NCBI RefSeq assembly: GCF_902459465.1 | Contig: NC_047076.1 | Coordinates: 1,426,001-1,490,000 of the forward strand | Source of the DNA: Asterias rubens | Taxonomy: Eukaryota | DNA length: 64,000 nucleotides | Reading direction: 5' to 3' | Part shown: positions 1 through 11,915 of the stretch, in pieces | Position numbering within the stretch: position 1 is the first letter of the stretch | Layout of the letters: every line of letters begins with the position of its first letter | Notes under the pieces: model-generated | Told to the model about the DNA's origin: nothing | Seen by the model: only the letters and a program-made list of their open reading frames with translations | Database searches by the model: none | Program-made: the position numbers and the translations under genes

Positions 1-65
1 AATAACTTACCAAGTGAAATTTCGAAACCTGAAAACACAGCTTGGATTGGAGTCAAAATGCAAAA

Positions 66-290
66 TGATATAGGGGAAAGGGGGTGAAGGGGAAGGTGTG
101 GTGGGGGGGGGGGGGGGTGAAGGGGAAGGTGGGTGTGGGGGGGGGGTGAAGGGGAAGGTGGGTGTGGGGGGGGTGAAGGGGAAGGTGGGTGTGGGGTGGG
201 GGGGTGAAGGGGAAGGTGGGTGTGGGGGGGGGGTGAAGGCGAAGGTGGGTGTGTGGGGGGGGGGGGGGTGAAGGCGAAGGCGGGTCGCGG
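66..290. repeat. G-rich minisatellite, about 29-nt unit GGTGAAGGGGAAGGTGGGTGTG(G)n
   Basis: About 7 units with variable G-run length; source of Pro-rich track ORF 7..369. Confidence 0.9.
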
Positions 291-1283
291 TGACAGGTAA
301 AACATTTGTGGCGAAGGTACTCTTAAAACGAAGACCTCCAAAACCAGGGGTGAGAGTCACTGCTGACAAAAAAAGTCTGCAAGTGGGATCCAGATCTTAG
401 GAGTTACATTAAAATAATGGCATTTCCACCTCTGGATTTATAGATTCCAAGTGTTTGAAAACAGTATCCCCATTGCTACAGAAGTACATCAAATAGCACA
501 ACTTAATACATTTTGTGAAAATACAACAGTTTTGTTACCAGGCAGGCTTCTAAAAAGTCTGAAATCAGTTAAAAGTCTGAATGTTTCATCCCTGCAAAAC
601 TGGCTACACTACATTAAGGTGACCCCTTCTCTTTAACATGTTTCATGATAAACAACACTAGAATGACGTCAAGCAAGCCAATATCCTCCCCGCTAGTCCA
701 TTCTCACAGCTATCTACCCCCAACCTCACAGGTCCCCTCGGCAATTAATTAAACGTCCGTCTGGCAATGCTAGCTTCTTCTTTTATAAACAATGCTATGT
801 AAATACCTGGATGGATGGTTAAGAACTACTCCACACACTAATGAAAGGTGATATGAAGTATGGATGTACAAAGGTACACTGTGTTTGTTTTATGTCTTCT
901 TCATGTTCAGTCCTCATCATTTTACAAAATTTAATTCAATTTTTGTGTTGTCCTGTTGAGCAATGTTAAAGCATGGAGGTAGAAATACCTACATGGTTAA
1001 ACTGTAATAATCAGATTTATTGCATCAGAATAATGGGTAGCAACAGAATAATCAAATTGAATTTTGAGATGGTTGTTTTCAAATAATTGATCATTAAGAT
1101 AACTAACAATATAAAAATACAGAGTCTTATATAGTGCACGTATCTGCCAATAAGGTACTCATGGCAGTTAAACAAAAAGAGACATTTAAGACAGGTTTTT
1201 GAAATTAAAAAATTGTGAGACCTATTTATGTCGCACCTTGATGGGTTTACAAGTTGCTGAAGAGCTTTAGCAGACACTGCCAG

Positions 1284-1722
1284 AAACACCCGGGCAAACC
1301 CCTGAAACACCCGGGCAAACCCCTGTAACACCCGGGCAAACCCCTGTAACACCCGGGCAAACCCCTGTAACACCCGGTCAAACCCCTGTAACACCCGGGC
1401 AAACCCCTGTAACACCCGGGCAAACCCCTGTAACACCCGGTCAAACCCCTGAAACACCCGGGCAAACCCCTGTAACACCCGGGCAAACCCCTGAAACACC
1501 CGGGCAAACCCCTGTAACACCCGGGCAAACCCCTGAAACACCCGGGCAAACCCCTGGAACACCCGGGCAAACCCCTGAAACACCCGGGCAAACCCCTGTA
1601 ACACCCGGGCAAACCCCTGTAACACCCGGGCAAACCCCTGTAACACCCAGGCAAACCCCTGTAACACCCGGGCAAACCCCTGTAACACCCGGGCAAACCC
1701 CTGTAACACCCGGGCAAACCCC
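1284..1722. repeat. 21-nt minisatellite AACACCCGGGCAAACCCCTGT, about 21 copies
   Basis: Direct reading; gives the LQGFARV / RGLPGCY / GVCPGVT ORFs. Confidence 0.97.
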
Positions 1723-4700
1723 TTTTCTTATATTGTAGGTGTACATTTTTCACAAGTGTGGGGCATTCTGGACCCAAAGTTTGGATGTTTGGCCAATTAA
1801 AGCACACTATATATACTACCCCTTGAACCTCCTCTCGCTCAACGCCCCTCTATTGGTCTGCAACCATTCTCAACCACGCTCTAATCTCCCACAGTTTCAA
1901 TCTTGTGTTCAAGGTAACACTGGATCAAGAACTAGGTCTACAGTCAGAGTATTTAGGTCGAACGCAAGACGCTGGACGCAGAGAGGCAAGCAGGGTGGTT
2001 TAAATCACACATTATGGTGAACTGGTAGAATTGTGATGTAAACATTGCTTTAAGTGGGGCATGTTGAAGCGAGGGTGTGAAAGCGAACTCCCGTTTAATG
2101 GAGCATCATTTAAAGGCAAAGTATACCTTTGGTTTTTTTGTGCATATGTCCGCGTAGGAAGAGTAACTCCTACTAGGAACACACAATCTGTAAGCAGTAA
2201 CGTTCTCATATTCAAATTTTGGGGGGATAACATTTTTTCTTTTTGCAACACCACTTTACTTTGAAGTGAATAGTTTCTCAAAATGCTTCATACTATTAAA
2301 TGCTGCTGTAGGCATCTAACCTAAGGTTTTGATTGCCATAAAATTGTTAGAGTGATTACCATTCATATACCTTGCATCTGCAAAAGTAAAACGACGTGAC
2401 AAATCCTCTAGATTTCAGGAAACAACTCAACCAAGTTCGACATGGCCAAGGTTTGAATTAGCAATTAGGGAGAACCGCATCCACAAGACCACAGGGCTTG
2501 TGGCTCAAAATCTTTACTGGACCAGAATTTATTTAACAAGATTTAAAATGAGTTGAACAAGCACTCGGAGAAGATCTATTTCATTTGTGTTTATGTGTCT
2601 TGTGTACTTTGATACTCTTGAAAGAGCATAGTAAGATAATTATCTCTTTCAAAGTCAATAATTCTTCACAAAGTTACAAAAAGAGGTATGAATATTCAAA
2701 CGGAAAATACAGGATCATCAGGCTGGTCGCTTCGTAAGTTTACTGGCCTGACAATAAAACCACAGGCCTCGGGCCTGGTCCAGTGATAATGTTGAGCCCC
2801 GATGGGTAATGATTTCCATGAAATATACTAGCATGGCATTCACAGACCAGAAAGAGAGCTTGGCAAACCTTGAAGCCTCTGGGACACTTTTGAAGGGACA
2901 AGGGCACAAGGGACAAGATCAGGGGCAACAGAGGCCATGTTATTCTAGGGCTTAATTCATACACAGTAGTAAGCTCACAAATATGTTCAACGCAAAAGTG
3001 TCTCGCTTTACGAAAGTTGTTAACCAGTCAACATACCATGTATGGCACACTCACGACCAGACTGCAAATCAATTTGAAAGTGATATCTTTATAAAATTTT
3101 GTCTAGGTCTTGAAAAAGGGTCCAGTTTCTTAGTTTTTATGTCTTTATGCTATATCATGTCAATGGCCCAATAACAATATCTATGGCTGATTGATTGGGT
3201 TCCCACCAAACTCAAAGCAAACCTGCCGCTAAGAATGTCCCAGAATCAATCAAAACAATCATTGTTTTAATGAGACACTATAAACAAGTTGAGACAAGAT
3301 AAGTTTTATATGTACGTAGCTTGTAGCAATTTGTTGATGGAGTGAGGGAGCCCAACCCCCCAACCCCCACTCTGCTGCTCATGGATGTGGTCCCAGCAAA
3401 TTGGTCACCTGTTTTTCTTTGGCCGCAAAGAACAAAACATTAACATTTCTAAGGATGCAATATGACATATGACATCACAATGTGAAACAGCACCCTCACT
3501 GAAGCAAAAGAAGACAGCTCGTTGGGCCAAACCAACTGGTTTTAAACTGCAGTTGAAGAACTCGTCGCTACCCTTTTATTCCCTCATGAAAATTTATTTT
3601 TATAATATTATTAGGTAGATAATTAGTATAAAATGCTGTCACACATGGGTTAAAACAAAATAATATTTGTTATCCGCAATGCAAATTTAACACCGATTAG
3701 ACAAATCAACTGATTGCATAGCTTGTATACATACACAACTGAAGTACACGTACAATGTGAATGCATTTTTTTAAAACAACAACATTGTCTCTTCTTTATC
3801 CTACTCACCAAATCAAATAAAAACACCAACGAAAAACAAACAACAATCAAGGTGATATAAGCACAACATACCATCGGAATCCAAAATCAATGAAATCACT
3901 TCATGACATCATCATCTTGACTTAAAATCCCTACAGAGAGTGACGGACGACGAACACCACGTATCACTAAACATGTGTCTCCACAGATGTCTGACAAACC
4001 ATCTCCACAATGTACGTAGAAAGAAAGGTACGACATGTACACATAAAACCCCAGCATACAGTCAGGCAATATAGGAGTTGTACACAATGACGTGGGTGGT
4101 AGGTAACAGACAGTGTTCATGCATGGAGTACACTGCAATACAGCCTGCTGCACAGTATACTGTGAGATAATCAATATAGATCTTCCATGATTTCAATTCC
4201 AAACTCTGCTTGTGGCTTGTGTAGTATTCAATGTCTGTAGTGGCCGTGTGACGTCACAGACCATCAGAATATCTAATATGTGTTTCCCTTGTTAACTGCA
4301 GCTGCTATGGTTAATTTTGTAGGGTTTTACATCCAAGGGGGTAGATGAGATGAGAAAATGGGTCAGATATAATGGAGGAAATCCTAGGAGAATCTTGATG
4401 TGGGTGGTTGAGATTTGGGACTGGTTACTCGGTCAGACGGAAGCGTGAAAACAACGTACATGTACGTCAACAATCCCACTGCACATAGGGACATATTGGA
4501 CGGTCTTAATGTTAGACTCAATTTCTTAGCCTCTATTGTCCGATAATTGAATGTTGTTAAACTTGATCGCATTCGACATCCGGAGTTCCGGGTAAACACG
4601 TTCAGTTTAAATTGCCGTGTTTGTCTTGGACTTGTTGTTTAGTTCGTTGCTCAATAGGGATGCTAAAAATACTTCGCCATGACGCCATTCATGTTGGATG

Positions 4701-6138
4701 GTTTGTCACTTTGTAAATGTTTGTGCGAATCTTTACATGCTTTGTAGGTTTTCTCGTGTCCAATTCTTACTCCCTTGGGTTATGTCTTAGGTTTTCTTCC
4801 TCGATCCATCACAGTGTTGAGCAAGACATGACCTTTCTACTAAGAGTTTTAACCTCCTTGCACTGAAGGGTAAATGTAGCGGAAACACTGTCTTAAGGCT
4901 ATGCCCAAACAGCCATCAAACACAATTGTAAAAAATCTCTACAAACTTTTATGGAAAGAACTTTGATGTCATTCAATTTTTGAACAACAAGGCCTCAAAA
5001 TACCCCTTGGCTCCCACAGCGATTACCTTGATGCCCTGTGCTTTTGCTGTGGTGCCTTTCCCAAAGTTCCAATCAAAATTTCAATTTTCCTCATTGAAGT
5101 TCCTGTTACCTGAGGAAAATTGCTGTGCCCGTTCAAGAACTCCAATCAAGGCACTACAGTAACCAACAGGTACAGTATATTAATTGGAGTTTTACCCATA
5201 TACCCCGATGTGTATAAGCACTGCACTGCTAGGGAATGACACAATGAATAGTTTCTGAAAATAAAGCAGTAGGCCTAATTATTTAAAGAATGACATTTTT
5301 AGCAGTATACTCAGTACTTTCCTGAGTTCTGTTTTAAAAAAAACTCACAGGTATATTACTCGGACGAGGGTCAAACCATAGATCTCTGCAATTCTAGAGC
5401 AGAGTCTTTACTATAGACCCGGGCCTGATACTTCACAGAGGCAACAAAGGTGATTGCCTCCATGCCCCCTGATCATTGCCTTGGTGCCCTTCAAATGCTC
5501 CAGTAGAAACTTACAATTTCCTCATAGGGTGCCCTTTACCAAGGAGAAAGTGCCCTGGTGCCCTTTAAAATAGACGCACACAGGCCTGATGTAGACCACC
5601 CAATGCAAATTTAACATAGGTACAGTATACTCTAGGTAAAATATTTGTTGAATGTTTTCTTGAATGCCAATCACAATTTCAACAGACTGATAAGCCGAAA
5701 AGTCCAAAGAGGAAATGGACTAGGAGTAAATAAACATATCTCGGTCCACTTTCCATTTCCTGGGAGTTTTAGTCCTGGCTTATACTGTAACTGAATTATG
5801 TGAGTCAAGCAGGTGTTGCTGACTGACGATAACGCTCAGCATCTTATCAATTAAGATAAGACAAATCCTCGTTATTCTTAGGACTATTTTCTTGTTTGTT
5901 TCATGATTCTATTCAACTTCTCCAGATTATTTCAAAATATGACATCAGACGGAAGTGCCACCCATAATATTTAACGACTATTCGTTGTAAGGGCATATTT
6001 CCTTAGTAAAGGCACCTCTTCGCAACGGAAAGACTATTATATTGGCACATCTCAATCTCACTAAACATGTACTGCTAAACAGATTTAAAGGAGAAAATGG
6101 CTGTTGCAAACTGCTTACCAACCAAAAGACCTATGGTA

Positions 6139-6173
<35 letters not shown>
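6139..6173. repeat. (AAAT)n microsatellite; others are (AAT)n about 30969-30996 and 50520-50547, (CT)n about 33249-33270, (TTTA)n about 60409-60432
   Basis: Direct reading. Confidence 0.9.
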
Positions 6174-8323
6174 AAAAACAGATTTGAAGAAAAAGAAATG
6201 GGGTATTGAGAAAGACTCTACTAGGGTCAAAACGTCAGGCCAGTAACCATTTTTAGTTAAAATGATTTAAGGATTATTGTCCTCGCTTTGGAAAACTAAA
6301 ATGAACTTAGGGAGGAGTAACACAGAAGCATCTACAAGAAATACCCTGGAGGGAGGCAGGGCCCCTTGGGGAAGGAGATCTGGCCCCTCGGGAGCCTCCT
6401 ATGTTATATCCAATCCTTATTTAATTGGATGCTGTCCTTAAATCGTGTGGCGATGTAGTTTTCTAGGGATTGCCACACCATCCAAAGCTTCTTAACATCT
6501 TAATCTCATTGAAGGTTCTCTCTGTGTGAACACGTCTTGGAGACAAACTGGACTGAAGCGGTCGACACCGAGATGGTTATTAAAATTCAAGAGGTTAAAA
6601 CCCTGCGATGCCCCGGCCCTGTCAGATTCACCCGGCTGCCCCCACTGGTCTGCAGCCAGTAGACCGTCGGGAAACAAGGATAACTCGGTTGTAATTTGTA
6701 TTAAACACTTTCTCACAAAGCGAACATACTTTTAAAAAGTGAAGAGACAGTTTGAGACAAAAAAATTACAAATATTATTATTATTTTTTTTTTTAATGTT
6801 GATTAGTATGTTTACATTGTTAAGCTGCAGTATTTTTGTGCACAGTAAGAGGATAGAACTTAAAGGGTTTTTTCACAAATTTTGGAGGAAAAAAACAACT
6901 TTATTTATCCTAAATTATATACAAAAGATTGGGCAGCTCCAAAAATGAAGTCCAATCCAAACTGTAAAAATCTTTCATTGAAACAAACTATCAATGAAAC
7001 AATCAGTTGATATTTCCATTCAAAGAGGTGTGTGGGGTTTTTTTTTCAGCAAGCATGAGTTGAATATTTGGAATTTAATAACGGACTTTCGCCGTCGGTG
7101 GGACTACATCCGTGTCAAGGCAAATAAGCCAAAGGCTGATTGTTCTCCGCAACAAAATCACTTCACTATCAACAATGAAATGAAATTGAGTTTCATAAAG
7201 CACTTCTAGGTGAGAGGACATTTGTTTTCTTTTAAGATTTCAGGAACGGTCTCATAATAAATTGTTGCAAGTGTTATGTTTTATGGTTACAAAATATTAT
7301 ACCACTGTTAAATTTGACCGTGTATATTTATTTATTTATTTATATTTTGTTTGTGGGTGATGTCACTTAAAATGCTCAACCACTCCATAGGCAATCCACA
7401 GCTTGCAAAAAAACAAACTGTCTCGAAACATGCAAGTAAAGACCCGTCACTAAATATTCTCAACCACAGCGTAGACAATGCACAGCTTGCAAGATCCTAA
7501 TATTGATCCATAAATTTCAGGCCACTTTCCGCTCTAAATATAAACCTGAACGTGGGCGAGCAAACGAGCACCCACCATCTCTCTCCAACGCCTTGATGAA
7601 AATATAATCTTGATAAGAAGGACTCTGATATCGTCTGTTTTCCTGGGCCCTATTTCATAGAGCTGATTAAAGCAAAAAAATGTTGCTTAAATATTTTCTG
7701 CTAAGCAAAAATGAGCAGGATACCAGTGACAGATTGTACATGTGACGCAGCAGTTTGGCAGGTTACCCTGTTCTGGTAAGCAAAATTTGGCCGGCCCTTG
7801 GTCAGAGCGTCATACTTCCTACTGACTACTTCAAAACCTACATGCAGACTGGTCTTAATACATCAACAAGATTCGTCTTCACGTTTCGTTTTATTCACGC
7901 CCAAACAACAGACACTTCAAAACCACGACGTCTTCTCCCCTTGAGCTATGTATCTTTGTTGCAGACGTTCGTTTCACAATATCAAGTTAGAAAGTTAATT
8001 TATACTTGGAGAGGGGACAAATTCCCATTGATGTTTACACCAACGGAAGTTGTAACAGACTTGCGCTAATATGTCTGGAAAAATTAATCATAGTCTTACA
8101 TTTTTATTGTCCAGTAACAGTTTTATGGTTAATCATTTAGAAAAAGAAATTAAGAGGACAATACATTTTAATAAATATGAGGGTTGCAGAGTTTTAATAA
8201 CTATTTTTAGCATCACAAACTTATGGTACAAAATTTTACAAATTAAAGTGAATTACTGCCTCCCGCAATATCAAGAATGAGAATTAAAGGCAAAGTCTTT
8301 GGTTTTTGAAACTGTTTGATTGT

Positions 8324-8707
8324 TTAAAGGCAGTGGACACTATTTGTAATTACTCAAAACAATTATTAGCATAAAACCTTACTTTGTAACAGGTAATTGG
8401 GAAAGGTTGATAGTATAAAACATTATGAGAAATGGCTCCATCTGAAGTAACCTATTTTTTGAGAAAGAAGTAATTTTAAACGAATTTGATTTCGAGACCT
8501 CAGATTTAGAATTTGAGGTCTCGAAATCAAGCATCAGAAAGCACACAACTTTGTGTGACAAGTGTGTTTTTTCTTTCATTATTATCTCGCAACTTCGATG
8601 AGCGATTGAGCTCAAATTTTCACAGGTTTGTTATTTTATGCATGTTGAGATACAGCAAGTGAGAAGACTGGTCTTTGACAATTACCAATAGTGTCCACTG
8701 TCTTTAA
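8324..8707. mobile_element. Kolobok-like non-autonomous element, family A
   Basis: TTAA|AGGCAGTGGACACTA...TAGTGTCCACTGTCT|TTAA; internal GATTTCGAGACCTC / GAGGTCTCGAAATC palindrome. Confidence 0.85.
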
Positions 8708-9009
8708 ATCCTAAATAAATGAAGATGTATACAATAAACATATACATATTCAAATGGTCGTAGCGTTTTTGAGATAACACCAAATAGAGCGGTTTTGTCC
8801 ACGCAGAAAGAATAATCCCCAATAGGAATAAGAGAATAAAAGGGTAGCGGCGAGTTCTTCAACGGCCGTTTAAAGCCGGCAGGGTCGGCGGCCGTGTGAT
8901 AATAATAATATAAAGGCCCGAGCCGAAAGCAAGGGCCTTTATCGCCTGGCAACGACCCTGCAAGGTTTTCACAGACGTTTAAGAACGAGTCACTACTCTT
9001 TTATTCCCA

Positions 9010-9330
9010 TTCATAAATGCCCTTTTGTTAAAAAACGTAAAAAAATACACTTTAACAATTGAAAATTCGAGGTTTGAAATATTTTTGTCAAAAACTTTGT
9101 GAAGAATCTGTTCGATGCGCGTGGGTTGTGTGTACACGCGCGCTTAGATTACGCGCTGTTACTAAAGCCATGAATTGCGTTCCGCGTGATAATCTTGCGC
9201 GCCCGACAAGCGGAAGCCAGCTTGTTATAAACAGCTCCAGCTGGTCATTATCAAAGGTTTAAACACCCCCACGTGTTGCGCTCTCCACCAATAGGAGTAG
9301 AGAAACTGTCTGGGGTATTTATGAATAAAT
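9010..9330. mobile_element. CpG-rich dispersed element with ATTCATAAAT / ATTTATGAAT ends (relative at about 23280-23497)
   Basis: Inverted ends; shared CCAAT..A.TAGA.AAACTGTC..GGTATTTATGAAT terminus. Confidence 0.5.
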
Positions 9331-9584
9331 AGGACTACACAATTTGAGAAACTTACTAAGAGTAATGTTCTCAGATTCTCTTTGAAGTGAAACGTTTCAA
9401 GATCCTTTAAACTGACCAGGTCTTTTAACCAATAGTTTTTATTGCCATGAGTTTTAAGAGTGATGACTATTAAAGATCATTTCCAACATCACAAATTTAT
9501 GGTTAAAAAATGTAACATTTAAAGTGACTCAGCACCTCCGGCAATATGAAGAATGAGAATTAAAGTGACTTAGAGAATACTTAC

Positions 9585-9668
9585 TCAATATCAGTGAATG
9601 ATCCTAGAGGGGCATCCAGTGCGTTGGCCAACTCCTCAACAAGCATCTCAGCTTCCCCAAGACTCACC
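9585..9668 (-). CDS. PTPRN: IA-2/PTPRN-like exon 9 (VSLGEAEMLVEELANALDAPLGSFTDI); gene continues, next exon not found in window
   Basis: ccttcttcag acceptor, GA|GTAAGT donor, 84 nt phase 2 to 2; resembles the ectodomain helix plus GSF..I strand. Confidence 0.85.
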
Positions 9669-10389
9669 CTGAAGAAGGAAAAAACAATTACCAATCAATG
9701 AGGCTATCGATTGCAACATTCAATTCACTTTCTTTCCCTAAATGTACGCATTGAATAAATAAGTAGAAACTTCCTTGAATATTGTTCAATTTTAGAGTAA
9801 AAAAAACTCTGTACATTCTGGATTTATTTATTTTTTTTTATTTACCTGAATATTGTTCAATTTCAGTTTTTACTAAGTAAAAAAAAAAAAAAATAAAAAA
9901 AAAATGTAACTTAAACTGTAAATTCTAGATTTTTTTAAGGTTCTAGTGAATATTTTTTAATATTCAACAACTCTCTTTCATTAATTTCACAATGAATTTT
10001 CTTAAAAAAAAAAAAAGAAACAGCTATTTTCTCCCCACATCCTTTCTCTCTATACAAAGATAAACAAATAAAATAAAATAAAAAAGTACAAAATGACTCC
10101 TCCCTGTGCAATGCCTCAAACCACATTTTAAAAAAACCGTTGTTTGTTGTATGAATATCCAAACAGATAGCAAGCAAACAACCCAATTATAATAGAATGA
10201 ATTTATGAATGGGATAGCCACTATAGATAGCGTACCCACCATGTGGTGCACACATTACACCATATTCAATTAAAATACTCTAATCGTTTTTGGAGTATTT
10301 TTAATTATCATGTTTGTAAGCCTATCACACTAATATAGTAAGTTGAGTGAACAGATTGTCTGATGCTAAAGACTGTCTTTCAACAGACT

Positions 10390-10640
10390 GGTTTATATTT
10401 TACTGATTCTTTGGCTAGCTGGTTATTGAAACGTTGAGACTAATTCAAGAACTGACTCCGCGGTAGTGCAGTTAACTACAATCCTATAAGATGAAGCAGT
10501 CCCGCCAATTTTCTACACCTTCCGCCCGGATAGTAGTTAAAAAGCAGGACAGTTCTTTTCAGAACTTAATAGTCTCCCGAACCCCTGAACATCTACTCCG
10601 CGATTGTAGAATAAAGAAAGACAGTTCTCTAAGAACAGTT
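10390..10640 (+). mobile_element. Penelope-type terminal repeat, second family (also about 40060-40345 and 46360-46640, minus strand)
   Basis: GAAACGTTGAGAC...AGAACTGACT...GGTAGTGCAGTTAAT in three copies. Confidence 0.6.
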
Positions 10641-10777
10641 TATCTATACACACATGGTGTTACCTCAAACCAAATATATATTGATACCTCACCATGCAAT
10701 GCCTCAAATCCTATATAGCTGGTTATTATTAAATTGTGTTTGAAGCTTTGCATGGTGTGGAGAATAAGAGTAACTAT

Positions 10778-11044
10778 AAATATAAATATGAATAGTGAAC
10801 TTGCGGGTACAACCATGGGTAAAATCTCTTTTGAAGGAGTGGTCACGTGGCTCTGAAAAGAGCCGGTTTGGTCTTGACGTTTCGAACAGTATACATGTAC
10901 TCTGCTCGTCTTCAGGAGAATCCGCAGAGTATACCGTTCGAAACGTCGAGACCAAACCGGCTCTTTTCAGAGCCACCACTCCTTCAAAAGAGATTTTACT
11001 CATGGTTGTACCCGCAAGTTTATTATTCATATTCATATTTATAG
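10778..11044. mobile_element. Fold-back pair of Penelope-type terminal repeats
   Basis: Two arms of about 120 nt in inverted orientation, each with TCGAAACGTC[AG]AGACCAAACCGGCTC; single-arm relatives near 22960-23020, 48585-48612, 50750-50885, 51005-51050. Confidence 0.65.
10871..10920 (-). ncRNA. Minimal type I hammerhead-ribozyme-like motif
   Basis: UUCUC CUGAAGA C GAGCAG(loop)CUGUUC GAA ACGU C AAGAC: core, stem II and palindromic helix III present; one stem I mismatch and a 1-nt insertion after A9. Confidence 0.5.
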
Positions 11045-11576
11045 GTACTCTGGTTATTATTGTTAATGTTGCATTATACAGTCATGAAGTTTTTTTAGGA
11101 CAATTATATTGGGTACAAGTTCATATGGTGTATGGTTTAATCAGGTTTCCAGACTATATCGCGATTTTTATAAAGTATGTCCGAATATAAATATAACTGA
11201 ACGATTATTCAGTTTCATGTTGTTAGAGGAGAGTTGGATTTTTGAAATGTTTTATTTTATTTGATAAATCTTGGAATATGGCACTAAATGAAGGGAACGT
11301 TTAAAACAAAATTATGTTAAGTACCGAGAAACTAAAAATCAAACAAAACAAGTCAGCATAGTTAATTTGTTGATCTTCTCATTTTTGAGGCAATTTTTAA
11401 ACTTGTTATGTTGCTGTACTAAACATGTCTAAAGAAACCACCAGGGCCCTTTTTGGATTAACTGAAAATTCTGAGCCGAAATCCTAAAAAATTATCTCAG
11501 TTGAAGATTCTGTACAATATCAAATCAAACATAATTATTAAGTTTTGAATCAGCAAATTTGGTATGTAGGCAGTGT

Positions 11577-11915
11577 TTAAAGACACTGGACACTATCGGT
11601 AATTGTCAAAGACCAGTCTTCTCACTTGGTGTATCTCAACATATGCATAAGATAACAAACCTGTGAAAATTTGAGCTCGATTGGTCGTCGGAGTTGCGAG
11701 ATAACTATGAACGAAAAAATAACACCCTTGTAACACAAAGTTGTGTGCTTTCAGATGCTTGATTTCGAAACCTCAAATTCTAAACTTGAGGTCTCGAAAT
11801 CAAATTCTCACAATGTTTTACACTATCAACCTCTCCCCATTACTCGCTCCCAAGTAAGGTTTTATGCTAATATAATTATTTTGAGTAATTCCCAGTAGTG
11901 TCCACTGCCTTTTAA
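11577..11915. mobile_element. Kolobok-like MITE, family A (opposite orientation)
   Basis: Same TIR and body, TTAA flanks. Confidence 0.85.

Noticed and set aside
1017-1807. Long repetitive ORFs (LQGFARV, RGLPGCY, GVCPGVT)
   Set aside because: All three frames stay open only because a stop-free 21-nt unit repeats; the array is SINE-derived.
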